Below, one piece after another: positions 40,344-52,400 of a DNA stretch of 64,000 nt. The notes under the pieces were generated by a model. That model did not search any database. It was not told where the DNA came from and saw only the letters and a program-made list of their open reading frames with translations. The stretch lies in NCBI RefSeq assembly GCF_009834535.1, contig NC_045696.1, forward strand, positions 69,008,001-69,072,000. Direction: 5' to 3'. A program made the translations under genes and the position numbers. This DNA comes from Camelus ferus. Taxonomy: Eukaryota. Positions within the stretch are counted from its first letter, which is position 1; every line of letters starts with the position of its first letter.

Positions 40344-40795
40344 GAGCAAGAGAGCCAGAGAGAGGAGGGAAGGAGAAAGGAAAGGAGAAAGGAGGAGAGA
40401 AAGAGGAGGGGGAGGGTGGAGTATGTTTAGAAAGTGTATTCTGGGAGCTCCAGCAAAAAGCTCAAGGGGCACAGGGGGCCAAGGGGCTCCCTGTCTCAGA
40501 ACCAGCTCTCCATACCCTACTCCTGGAAGACAGTCCTTCACGTGCATAAGGGCTCTGGTCCCCACCCATCTCTGCCCCTGTTATCAGGTGACCTTAGCCC
40601 CCCACGTCTGATTGCCAGAGTCTTGGTCTCCTCATCCCTTTCTCACCAAGGACTTGAGAGAAAGCACAGAGGGAAATGGGTCCTAGGATCCTGGATAACA
40701 GGCATCACTAAGACCCTCTGTGGAGTTTGAAAGGTAGTTAGTTAGCCCCAAGAACCTGACTCTAAACAAAACACAGTCCATGTGTACTTTTTTTA
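40344..40795. repeat. Direct repeat copy B (ADIPOQ intron 1)
   Basis: Aligns with about 38577-39012, offset 1766 bp in the core. Confidence 0.95.
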
Positions 40796-41099
40796 TCCTA
40801 AAGACTCGCTATTTTTCATCATTTGCTTGTCTCTTATAGATTTCACAAAGCCTCCAGAATTGAGTTTGGCTTCAGGAGACAGTTCCTCTGAGAGAAAAGA
40901 CCCTGATTGGCAATCTTACCCCCAAAGACATGCGTGGTGCTTGGAATCCCACTCTTACATGCCCATTACCGGGGGCCCTATAATGCCCTCTCCATGGGAC
41001 ACAACCAGCTTCTCTTTCATACATACAGATATATGAAACTCATCACATACATGGTAAGTTTATGTATACATTTATATATATACATAAATGTTATATAGA

Positions 41100-42240
41100 A
41101 ATAACATGTTTATATATATGCTCATCTTTCATATAAACATATACTTGTGTGTTCATTAAAAATAGTAAGATAAATACTTTGGGAACTACAGAAAACAAAA
41201 CAATCCCCATTCCCAAGAATCTTTCTTTTTATTCTGAAACATGGTGGAAATCATACTTTACATAGAAATTTTACTCCCCTATTTTTGCCTTGCCATTTTC
41301 CAGTTTTTATAACCATCATTGTAAATGTGCACGTGCTAGTCCAGCAAGTGGATATAGCCAAAATATACTTCAACATTTCCATTTTGTTGAACTTTGAACA
41401 TATTTCCATTTCAAAACATTATTTTAAAATCTATAAGAAACATCCTTAGGCATATAGCTTGTCCCCAAATTATTTTTCTGCTATGACATGTTCCCAGAAG
41501 AAAAATTTCTGGACCAAAAGGGACGAACATTTTAAGACTCTTGATGCATGTCCCCAAGTTATGGTTTGTCCCTCTGTCACTCGGCAGTACAGTAACGCAT
41601 GTGTAAGACAGCCTTTCTGAACTGCACCCTCACCAGCTTCGGACAGAATCATCACAAACATTTTGTTGTTCTTAGTTTAGTGAGCAAAAGAAATGGTACC
41701 TCACTGCTTTGACCATTAGTGAGTTGTACATTTTATTAAAGGCCTATTTCCTAATTTAATTTCCTCATTTATGGTAGCTCTGTTAGTGTTCTTTCTCATT
41801 TTATTAGGGACACAATGTGCTTTTTGAATTAATTTATATCAACACTTTGTCATATGTGCTATGACAACTACCTCTAATGTAAAGATTATTCTTTTGTTTT
41901 GTTTGTCCTGATTTTTAGGTGACAGAAGTTTTAGTTTTTATATAGTCAACTCTGTTGATTCTTTTTTTTGTTTGTTTTGCTTCTAAGTGTTAAACTGTTC
42001 TTATCCATAGTAGAGTTTTGGTAAATATTTTATTTTCTTCTATTGTTTGGTATATTTTAAATTTCACTCTTTAATTCATCTCTGATATTTTGTTTTGGTG
42101 TGAGCTGTGATCTAAGACAACAAGTGACTTCTTCCTATTTGAAGACGTGCTGTCTAAAAGACACCTTTAATTAAGTTAATCATTCCTGTCTCTATTGATC
42201 TGACGCATCGCTTATCACATGTCAGGTTCTAATATCATCT
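41100..42240 (-). mobile_element. Old L1 (L1ME-like) remnant in ADIPOQ intron 1
   Basis: Degenerate antisense L1 3' motifs (AATGGTACCTCACTG, CAGAAGTTTTAGTTTTTATATAGTCAA). Confidence 0.55.
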
Positions 42241-44937
42241 TATTCATAACGTGAGAACTGAGCAGAGAACAGGGGCAGCACAGCAACTGAGACACGTGCG
42301 TATTGATTGGATGCTGCTCAAGGCACTCTCTCGCCATCAACATGTACCTTTGTCGCCCCCTACTGGCTTTGGAGGGCTCAAGGGGCATTCTCAACAGCTG
42401 CTGGAAATGAAGTGAGAGAGAGTTTAGGCTTGGCTTGTTCTAAGATAAAAAGAAAGAGGGAAGTTAGACGAGAAGCCAAGAAAAGACCAGTCAAGCCCCT
42501 TTTGTATTTAAGGAGTATACTTGTTCTGAGACTTTTAAGGCTGCATATGTCATTCAAATTTCCCACGATTTGTCACCTCCATCCTTTCCCCTTATGGGGT
42601 TAGCAATAAAACTCCTAGGACCACAGAGAGGCTTTGTGCTTGCTTTCTCCAGAAATGAGCAGGGAAGAATGTATAGACTGTGTTCTTTTCCACAGGGAGA
42701 CAGGAGGAGAGAATCCAGAACACGAGAATTGGTGGAGGCAGCTACCAAGGGCCTCAAAGATAAAGGGTGACTGGGGGCTTCCTCCAACCATTGGAAGGAG
42801 TATAATTTTAGGTCTCTAGAGTTCTCTGGTTCCTCCTCCTCTTTTAAAATCAAGATTCTATTCTCCCAGCCCAAGGAAAGTCATTCGGTCCTCAAACACT
42901 TCAGTGGTATGGACAGATTTCTCCACTCACAGGGGCAACCAGTCTGGGTTCCATGACAGTGACATAGGGTGGAGGTACTGGAAAGAGGGATTGGGGTAGA
43001 TGGACACTCAATCCTAGGATGTTTCTGATGCTAAGAACAGATTCTGACTGAAGAAGAAGGTTGTCATCTAACCGAGTTCTGGATGGAAAAATCAGCAATT
43101 GATAACAATTGAAGGTCAGTGCAGAGATGCTGAATTCTTGAAAAAATTTATTACAAAATTATTTGTGCTCTCTGTTTAGATATAGCAATTATTATATTTC
43201 GATTTTTGAAAGACCTCTTTTTCCATAGGGAAAAACATTATTAAATGAAACTGTAATCTAAGACTATAATCTAAGACTCAGTTATGCCTATAAAGAGACC
43301 ATTTACATGAACCATGAAGCTAAATCCCAAGTACCACTTACAATTCTTTGTCTTTGTAGAATGCCATTTGTAAGTCCTCACCTCACTCGATATCTCATTT
43401 AATTCTCACAACAATTTTGAGAGACAGAATAAGGGAGAATTTGTTCTCACTTGTAACATGTTTCAGCCATACATTTGTTGGAGGATTAAAAGGCACAATC
43501 CACGTAAAGTACTTAGAACAGTCCTGACATGTGTCAGTGCTCAATAAATGCTGTCTATGACTGTATCCATTCTAGAGATGAGAAAAGTGGGTTTCAGGGA
43601 GGTTAAGTGACTTGTCCAAGATTCCAGAGCTAAATGTAGAGGAACTCAAACTATCGGCTTCCAAAGCTCAACAATGGATCCTTAGACATAACCCAAAGGA
43701 GGAAAACAGCATCAAGGTCACATATCTGCCTATTCCACTCCACAGGATGGGGCGTAAAAGAGAAAATAGTGTAAAAAATCCTCCAGATTATGATGCAAGT
43801 GGCCTGGCTTCTAGTCCAGGCTCCACCATTAACTCACTGGGTGACTTACCTGTCCCTAAGCCACCTCCCAGACCTCAATGCTCTTTGCAGGCAAAGGTGA
43901 TTATTAATGAATTGTTACCCAGCCTATTTCACAGTATTGTTGTGAGAATCAGTTGACTAAAAGTATGAAGATGTATTTTATAAACTTACGAAGTGTTCCA
44001 CTCTGGATCCTAAGGGGCCATATTATGATCTCTCATTTTCATATGTTAAGTTTATGAGAAATTCCACTTTGACCTGCTGGAATTTCAGTAACAATAGCAG
44101 AATCTTGTGAAATGCAAGGATGAGGTCTCCCTTGGGACTGGCAGGAGACAGAGTGGGATGGGGGAAAGAGGTCACCAAAGCCAGTGCCAACTCCTCCAGC
44201 TGGAAAGGGCACTAAAGCCCAGATCCTAGAGTCCCCAAGAACTGAAAGGGACCCCAGAAATCATCTCACCCCTGCCCTGCTTTTACAAAGGGAGGCTAAG
44301 GGGAAAGAAAGGGATATATTTATTAGAGCCTCATTGAAACTAGCTCTCACACTAGGAGCTTTCACACATTACTTACACTATTTATTATTTATTTCAATCT
44401 TTACAAGAACTCCAAGAAGCAAGGAAAATAACCCCAACTCTAGAGAGGGGGAAACTGAGAGATTAAGGAGATGATCCCTGAGAGATTCCCAACCTGACTT
44501 CCAAACCAGTGAGCTTCCTGTCACATTACCCTGCTGCTAAATGGGCTTCTCAGACTCAGCTTCTTAGTCTGCTCCATGAGATCATGTTTAAGAGGAGGGA
44601 CACGAGAAGACTTGAAGTTGGTAAGGGTACTTGGAAGTATAAATTGCATAAAGCAGTTTCAAACCATATTTCGTTTAATCCTCCTGATAGCCCTGCTTTT
44701 GAGTCCACTATAGAGAAGAATCTGAGATTCAGAAACCCTCAAGATGCTGACTTAAGATCTTGTAATTTTTGGATTGAATTAAATGAAACTGCCATTTTTA
44801 AAGGTCAAAAATGGTAGAATATCAGCAGTTTCACCTGATACAACCTAATAACAGATGGCAGAACCAGGAATCAGCTAGGTTCAGCCTGGCTCCCAGGAGG
44901 ATTTCCTGAAGGCTTTCACTCAGCATGCCTGGGTCCC

Positions 44938-44939
<2 letters not shown>

Positions 44940-45001
<62 letters not shown>

Positions 45002-45041
45002 CTCCCTCTCCCTCTCCTCTCTCTCTCTCTCTCTCTCTCTC
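44940..45041. repeat. Compound (CA)n(CT)n microsatellite
   Basis: About 29 CA units followed by an imperfect CT run. Confidence 0.97.
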
Positions 45042-45145
45042 ACTTGTATTCCCAAGGAACTGGTAAATCAGAGTACTCCTCCACCACATTTTTGGGATCA
45101 GTCTCTCTCCATGTGAAAGAATTCCTGATAGAAAGCTTCTAGTCT

Positions 45146-45456
45146 AAAACTCAGCGGTGACCATGGAGGAAGGAGGTAGGAAGGGATAAATTGGTAGTTC
45201 GAGATTTGCAGATACTACTATATTTAAAATAGACAAACAAGTTTCTACTGTACAGCACAGGGAACTATATTCAATATCTTGTAGTAACCTATAGTGAAAA
45301 AGAACATGAAAAGGAATATATGTATGTATATGTATGACTGAAACATTATGCTGTACACCAGAAATTGACACATTGTAAATTAACTATATTTCAATCTTTT
45401 TTAAAAAAAGCCTTTTTTTTTTTTTTTTTTTTTTTTTGCTTGTTTAAAGGAAAGAA
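45146..45456 (+). mobile_element. 5'-truncated L1 3' end in ADIPOQ intron 1
   Basis: L1 3' UTR (ACTGTACAGCACAGGGAACTATATTCAATATC); exact 16-bp TSD AGAAAGCTTCTAGTCT at 45130 and 45457. Confidence 0.9.
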
Positions 45457-46732
45457 AGAAAGCTTCTAGTCTTCAAAGCTTCTACTTCTGCTTCCTGACC
45501 TCAGCCAGGTGTCTGGGGCTATTGATCTCCCGGCTTGACAAGGAGAAGGAGGAAGGTGGCCTACAGCCACCTCAGAAAGGACAAGAAGCAAGTCCTGTGT
45601 CTCTCTTTACAACTCCTTGAGAATTGAGGGAAGGGGGCAACATGGACTGCCCACTAAGCTGTGGGGCTCCCTTTACACTGCTCTGCTTCAAGGACAAGGC
45701 TGACACCCTCATGCTCCTCTAGGCATATCATGCCAGCATGAAGGCCCTCCTGCTCCCCAGCACTGTCGGGAGGAGCCTGCTTTACCCCTAATGGGAGGAG
45801 TCACCAGGAGTAAGGCGGCTGTACTCCTGGCGAGGCTTGATCCCCAGACCAGGGGCCGGGGTCCTCTGACACCTGAGGGCAGGCCTGATCTCTAAAACCC
45901 CTCCCACTCCGGCCTCTGCGACTGTAACTGAAAACAGCCAGGATGCCTCAAATGCCGCTAGGGCGAGCAGGACTGGGCTTTGCAAAAGCAAGACAGAGTC
46001 AGTTGTTTTTGTCAGAAGATGTCTGCTACAAATAAGATTTTTCATAAGCTCCCAGCATATACCAGGTCCCTCGCTCACTTCACCTCGCCAGAACTCCTCA
46101 AGCACCCTGGGAGATATCCCCGCATGGGTGTAGACACGCACGTATCTACAGATACCCCCACGCCCACAGAGCGCGACCGTGCCTCACCCACCTTTGTATC
46201 TCACCCACTCTACCCAGTGTCTGGTCCGTAGAATCTGCTCAATAAACGTTCCTGAGTAGAATCAGGGGTAGAGCTAGATTCCAAACTCAGTCTGAGGTCG
46301 GCGCTCGGGCTTCCCTCAGGCTGCCTCTTCGTGAGCTTTACTTTCTCTGCCCTCTGCGGTCAAGCTGAGAAGTGACTTGTCCCCTTCTCCTCTTATTTAA
46401 TTGGACTTTACTGCTGGGCCATCCCTCTCACTTCACTGACCTCAACCTTTTCTTTGGTGAGTCTTCTTAATACACGTGAACTGGGCAAAGTTCAGGATGG
46501 TCCCAGGCATTCTGACCAGAAGGGACAGTCCCTTTTCTGTTGGAGCTGTGGGAGCATCAAGGAAGAAGCCGGAGGCCTGTCTGCCTCCGCCAGTGCTGCC
46601 CCCACCAGGGTTTTGACTGTATCCCTCCCCACCCCGCTACAACGGGAAAGCGCGGGCACACCCCAGCCAGAGGCTCCGTTGCAGGGCAGCCATCTTCACC
46701 TCCAGCCTAGAATTTGAATCAATTGTCCTTAC

Positions 46733-46808
46733 CCTCAGTTGTGGACTCGGAGCCCCAGACTGCCGTCAGGAATGGAGGCAAGGAGGAGATGGCCCAGCCT
46801 CAGCAGCT
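46733..46808 (-). other. ADIPOQ: ADIPOQ non-coding exon 1 (5' end approximate)
   Basis: Minus strand GCTGCTGAGGCTGGGCCATCTCCTCC...GCAGTCTG...GAGG|GTAAGG resembles recalled human exon 1; donor GT at 46732-46731. Confidence 0.88.
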
Positions 46809-47270
46809 GGTACTCATGGAGACAGGCAGTCCCCGCCCCACAGTTGTCCCTTCTGATTGGCCAGCACAATGAGAGCCAGAGACCAATGGGCGGGCCCCGG
46901 CCCCTGGCAGATGCCTCAGGTCTCCGCCCCGCGTAACCTGGTGCAACCCAGTTTGGTCTTGGGAAGCCAAGTGGGGCTTCAGTCACAACACTCATGTTTC
47001 CAGACCTTGGCCCTTATTTTTGCCTCTTACAACAGCAACAGAAGACAAGGCCGAGGGTCAAGACCAGAAGGAGGAAAACAAGATATTTCCTTATGTAAAA
47101 TGAATTGCCCACTGGTCCAAGAGGCCTCCCCCTCCTCATTTGCGCTAATAAGTCTGGGGCACCAATTACCACCATCACACTCCTGCTCACTGTGCATGAT
47201 GAAATGTGATATGGTGTGGTTTAGCCACTGGCCTTTCAGAAGGGGGAACAGTCAGTGGGAGCTGCAATAT
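46809..47270 (-). promoter_or_regulatory. ADIPOQ proximal promoter
   Basis: GC box 46831-46839, CCAAT 46856-46860, LRH-1-like CCAAGGTCT 47002-47010, DR1/PPRE 47048-47060, bZIP-like TTATGTAA 47091-47098; no evident TATA box. Confidence 0.8.
47048..47060. promoter_or_regulatory. DR1 element at the position of the known ADIPOQ PPRE
   Basis: AGGCCG-A-GGGTCA; flanks (CTTCTGG..., TCTTCTGTTGCTGTTGTA on minus) match the recalled human PPRE context. Confidence 0.65.
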
Positions 47271-47286
47271 AGCAAGAAATACAACA

Positions 47287-47531
47287 GCAAGGGATAAATC
47301 CAAATCCCAGGGACTAGGAGTTTGAGATTTGCAGATACTAACTACTATATATAAAATAGGTAAACAACAAGTTTATACTGTATAGCACAGGGAACTATAT
47401 TCAATATCCTGTAGTAACCTATAATGAAAAAGAACATGAAAAGGAACATATATATGTATATGTATGACTGAAACACTATGCTGTACACCAGAAATTGACA
47501 CAATACTGTAAACTGTACTTCAATTTAAAAA
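47287..47531 (+). mobile_element. 5'-truncated L1 3' end about 0.5 kb upstream of ADIPOQ exon 1
   Basis: Same L1 3' UTR as 45146; TSD AAGAA(A/C)TACAACA at 47274 and 47532. Confidence 0.88.
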
Positions 47532-49629
47532 AAGAACTACAACACATCCTCTGCTTTCTGGCCTGAACCCCAGATTAGAGAAAGAGTTTGTATGTTAATT
47601 TTGAGAACTGAGGTGAGGGGATGTTTCTGGGGTCAGGGCCAGATTAAGACCTTTAAAGGCCCTGTATTCCAAATGAGTTTGGAGTCCCCACCTGTGTGTG
47701 ATTCAGAGTCAATATATCAGAAAACATATTAAATAGGATAATAGAATACCATCTTTCAAGGTTTTTCTGTTTCCAAAATTTTGGATAAGTTTTTGAAAAC
47801 TACCTTTGTATGTATGTATGAGTCCTCATTTTGCCAGCACCTTAAATATATGCCTGATCCACCTATTGGTGAACCCTGCTCTGGGCTGGGAGCAGCATGG
47901 AGGACCAGAGGCTGTAACCCACATGGGTGTTCCTAGAAGGCTTAGGCTTAAAATGGCAATATTCACACCTTGGACTCTTTCATAGCAAACCCACATTCTG
48001 TTTTTGAAGGGCAGGATCACAGCCAGTTTCTGCAAGCCACGAATTCTGATGCATTAAATCATGACCCCAGCAAGGGCTCCGGATGCTGGCACCAACTCCT
48101 ACAAGACATTCAGAAACAGAATGTTCTCAGGCTGAGCAAGTGTCTGCCTATCCCTGAATACCACCTCTACTGGCCACACAGAGCCTAAAAATCTACCAGC
48201 AAAGTAAAGTGAAAGTCTAAGCAAAGGTCTTGGTCTCCTGTTATTATGCAAGTATTTCTAGAGAAGTCACAGTAGGTAGGCCTTTGAGATTGGAGCCATC
48301 ATGAGTCTCTTTCCAAGGGCTCAATGGCTTAGGTGAGGGACTTATGAAAATGACGTTCTAGATAGTTTACTGGACAGACTGGACTGAGGACAAAAGACAG
48401 AGAAACTGCAGCAACTCTCAATTACATCATTGCTTTATTTTTACTGCAGCATTTCTTAATTATTTGGGGTTTGTGTTGCTATCTCTCCTTTCTAGAACAT
48501 AAATTTCATGAGAGCCATGCCTTGCCTATTCCATGTTTTATCCCCAAGCCCCAAAATAAGATCTGGGACAAGATGGGCAACGATAAATGCTGAATCAAAA
48601 ATAAGGGAGTGATCATATTTAATCTTCCCTTGGAGACAGCTACGGATGTCTCCTCTTTTACAAATCAAGTGTCTGGAGTTCAGTGAAGTAAGTGACTTAT
48701 CCAGGACAGAGATCCAAGATTTGAACCTAGTCTGTTCAACAACAAAACACATATGCTTTCTAGAATGTTATGTCCCTCACCCCTCCTAATAAGACCCTAA
48801 GATTCATGCACATACTTCAGGGCAGCTTTGGGGTTGGCATAAAAAGTATCTTATTCCAATATTTCTGATCTTATGGGAATACAGCTGGTTACAGCAGGCT
48901 TTAACTATTGCACAAGATAGAATGACTTTAGCCCCCAAATCACACTAACACTGTGCTGGTCTGACTGTCAGCCAGTGACATTGGGAAGGCCTGTCATTCT
49001 GAGGCCTCAGGAAAATCGCCATTCACCACAAAGGCCGTCTTGTGGAGAGAGGCAATTCAGCGGCATACTGGTTTAGAGACTACAACTGAAAAACATTCAG
49101 CCAGTGATGCCCTGAGGCTAGTCTTTTTCCCAAAACAGAACTGTTACTACCTCGAGTGGAATAATCAAATGTGATCATTTCCTCCAGGGTATCATGGCTA
49201 CTGTTCACTCCCCTGTCAGCATGTGAACTGGGATATTGACACAGTAGGTCACGTGATTTGGTTCCCATAAGTATGGTTAAGTATTGCCATATTCTTGCTT
49301 AATTGTGATTTTTTTTTAAAAAAATAATCTCAATCAAAATAACTACACATAATCACTGTTTTTGAAAAATAATCCAGAAGATCGGAGCAAGACAAGAGAG
49401 GAAGCACATGCTGCAGCCTTCCACTCCGTCCCAAAACCCCTAGAAATGGAAAAAAAAAATTCTTTTATTTCTTCCAAAGTCTTGGCTAAAATTGTACTCC
49501 ATCCAAGGCAAACTCAGATACTAATTTTAAGTATCGTACTTTGAACTAACAATAATCCGCTTCCACTGGGAGGGAGGCCTGTTCAGATAAGCAACCCTAG
49601 ACTTGTATCTTTGAGAGCCTGTGATGTTG

Positions 49630-50030
49630 GACCACTCGTCATATCAAAATACTGTAACTAGTCAAGGAATTTCCCACAATCACTTTGGAAAGGCTGGAGA
49701 TGCAAAGGGAGGGAGATGACATTGCCCAGAGATCAGGAAGTGGCTGCTGCCCCTGGGCTGTGCACCTGCACACCCTGCCTGTGCTGCTGGAGCCTCCACA
49801 ACTGCCCTGAGAAGGAGCCTGGCCACTGACACTGCCCAGGGGCACAGCCTGAAACACCATAGCTTCTCCCTTTCTCCCCCTTCAGTCTTGCATGATTGCC
49901 TCCCATTTGTGGAGTCTAACTGGAACTGATCCAGCACGGGAGTCTAGGATAGGTCATTTGAGACACCCAGCTTCAGGAATACAAAGGGGATACAGAAAAG
50001 TGGATATAAGGCTAAGTACCAACAGATGGG
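49630..50030. mobile_element. ERVL LTR remnant (LTR33/LTR41-like)
   Basis: CCTCCCATTTGTGGAGTCTAACTGGAAC...AGCACGGGAGTCTAGG motif; subfamily uncertain. Confidence 0.45.
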
Positions 50031-50429
50031 ATCTGACATAAGCCACAACTTTAATGAATAGAAGAATTTACACCCAATTTACACCCAACTAATAGCATAA
50101 AAAAAAAAAAAAAGGAGAGGGGGTAAAACTTAAAAATATAAGTATAATTATTATATTTAGAGAGATAACAGGAAAGAACATACCTGAAAATTAAATATTC
50201 TGCCACAGTAGGAGGTAAAAATAAGTTTTTCTTCTTTAAGTCATCGAGCTTGTGGTGCATTGTTATGGCAACCCTGGGAAACTAATACAGGGACTGAGAG
50301 CCAGGCAAAGATTTCTTACACATGACACCAAAGGCCTGAGCCATTCCAGAAAAGGATGGTAAATGAGACCTCACCACAATGAAAACTTTTGCTCTGCCAA
50401 AGACCCTGTTCAGAGCTAGAGACTGTGCA

Positions 50430-50959
50430 GTGCCAACTGGTGCCTGCTGAGGCCCTGCGGTCCCCCAAACTTCCAGCCCTTAGGCATCTGATTGCTCCTC
50501 TTCGGAAGATAAAGTCCTGACGGGTGTCTGCCTTCGCAGAATTAACAGCCCTGGGGAATGGCTAGCCTCACCGTAGCTCAGGCTGACTTGTCCAAGCCCA
50601 CGTCTCCCCCTTATCCGAATCATAAATTCCATTACCTTGTCTGTGTCAGCCCATGTCTCCATCTTACTGGAGTCATAAATCCACTATCCTCCCATGTACC
50701 AAAGCCCCTTACCTCACATATAGCCAATCAGAAAGCTGTTCCCCTAGCCCTTTGTGTTCCCAGCCCCATCCTCAATAAAAGACCCTGCACGTTCACACTC
50801 GGTGGACACACAGACAAGAAGTGCCTACAGTGTAGCCTCTGCTACAGCTGCCTGTAGCAGAGAACCTATTAAACTTTCCTTTGTTCTTAAATTTCTCCGT
50901 GCCTTTGGTAAATTCTTTTACCAACCCGTGACACCGGCCCTCCATGAGTCCCCCAACAG
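50430..50959 (+). mobile_element. ERV solo LTR inserted in an L1 fragment
   Basis: Begins TG, ends CA; CCAAT box near 50723; AATAAA near 50774 and ATTAAA near 50868; L1 sequence (AGAC..GGGAGAAAATATT) continues on both sides. Confidence 0.7.
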
Positions 50960-52400
50960 ACCGGGAGAAAATATTAGCAAACCACACATCTGATGAAGAA
51001 TTTATGTTTAGATTATTCAACAAACTCTCAAAATGAAACAGTAAAACAAACAAAAATCCAATTAGAAAATGGGCAACAAACATGAAGGATATTTCATGAA
51101 TATCCTATATCCTATTATATACGAATGGCAAACATATGAAAAAAGTTTTCAACATTATTAGCCATTAGGGAAAGGCAAATTAAAACTGCAGTGAGATCAC
51201 TACACACCTACTAGAATGGCTAAAATTAAAAACAGTAAGAAACACCATGATAGGGGGTACATGCCATTATACTGGTAACTATACATTTGTCAAAATCCAC
51301 AGAATGTATAACACCAAGAGTGAATCCTAGTATAAACTATGGACTTTGGATGATAATTTTTTAAGGTGGGGAAAATTTTTTAAAGATCAAAAAAAATAGC
51401 AAGAATACTAAATTTGGGAAAGGACACAATGAAAATGGATCACTCATGATTTGCCAGTGGGAATGGAAAATGGTACAGCCATTCTGGAAAATTGTTTGGC
51501 AGTTTCTTAAAAAATTAAGCAGCAGTCCCATTACTGAACATTTATTCCAAAGAAATGGAAACTATGTCCAAACAAAAACCTATACATAAAAACCTGAAGA
51601 TTTCTGTACATGTAATCTTTGTTCATTTGCATGAGTCAATATTTAAGGTAAATTTCTAGAAGTGGAATTGCAGAATCAAGGGGTGTGCATGTCTTAAATT
51701 TTGATAGTTGTTGTAAATTGACTTTCAAAAATTCAATAACAATTTATACTGCTTCCAACATGGTATGAGAACTCCTGTTTCCCTGTACCCTCACCAATAT
51801 TGGATACTGTCAAACACCTAAATATTTGACATTCTAATAAATCTTTTTTAAAGTATCTCTTTGATTGTGTGTGAGGAGGGTATATTTTTATACATTTATT
51901 GGTTATCTGTATTTATGTTCCTATGAATTGTGTGTTTATTTCTATTTATCCATTTTTCCTACTGAGTTATTTTTAGTAATTTTTAAAGTTCTTTGTATAT
52001 CAAAGAAATTAATCCTTTGTTATATGGTTTGAAATTTTATATATCTCTTGCTTTTTGAAATATATTTTATACAAAAATGTTGGTTTCCTGTTAGAAAACT
52101 ATATAATTGGTAGTTAGGTATTTTTTTTAATTAAAAAAATTTTTTGGAGGGAAGGTAATTAGGTTTATTATCATTTTTTTTTAAATGGAGGTACTGGGGA
52201 TTGAACCCATGACCTTATGCACCCTAAGCATACATTCTACCACTGAGCTATACCCTTCCCCCTTGTTTAGCCTAACTTTTTAACATTTTCCTTTTGCCTC
52301 TAGAGTTTGTGTGTTGCCTAAAAGATATCTCCCATTTTAAAGTTATTCTTTAAAATATGTTTTCTTCTAGATGCTCATGATTTCTTTTCCTTTCAATTCA
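50960..52400. mobile_element. Old L1 fragments in both orientations
   Basis: Sense L1 ORF2 motifs about 50960-51600; antisense L1 motifs about 51600-52400. Confidence 0.7.
52141..52262 (-). mobile_element. tRNA-derived SINE (Vic-1-like)
   Basis: GGTAATTAGGTTT...GGAGGTACTGGGGATTGAACCC...CTACCACTGAGCTATACCC. Confidence 0.85.

Noticed and set aside
38527..40730. Pairs of near-identical small ORFs suggesting a duplicated peptide gene
   Set aside because: By-product of the intronic direct repeat; no coding evidence
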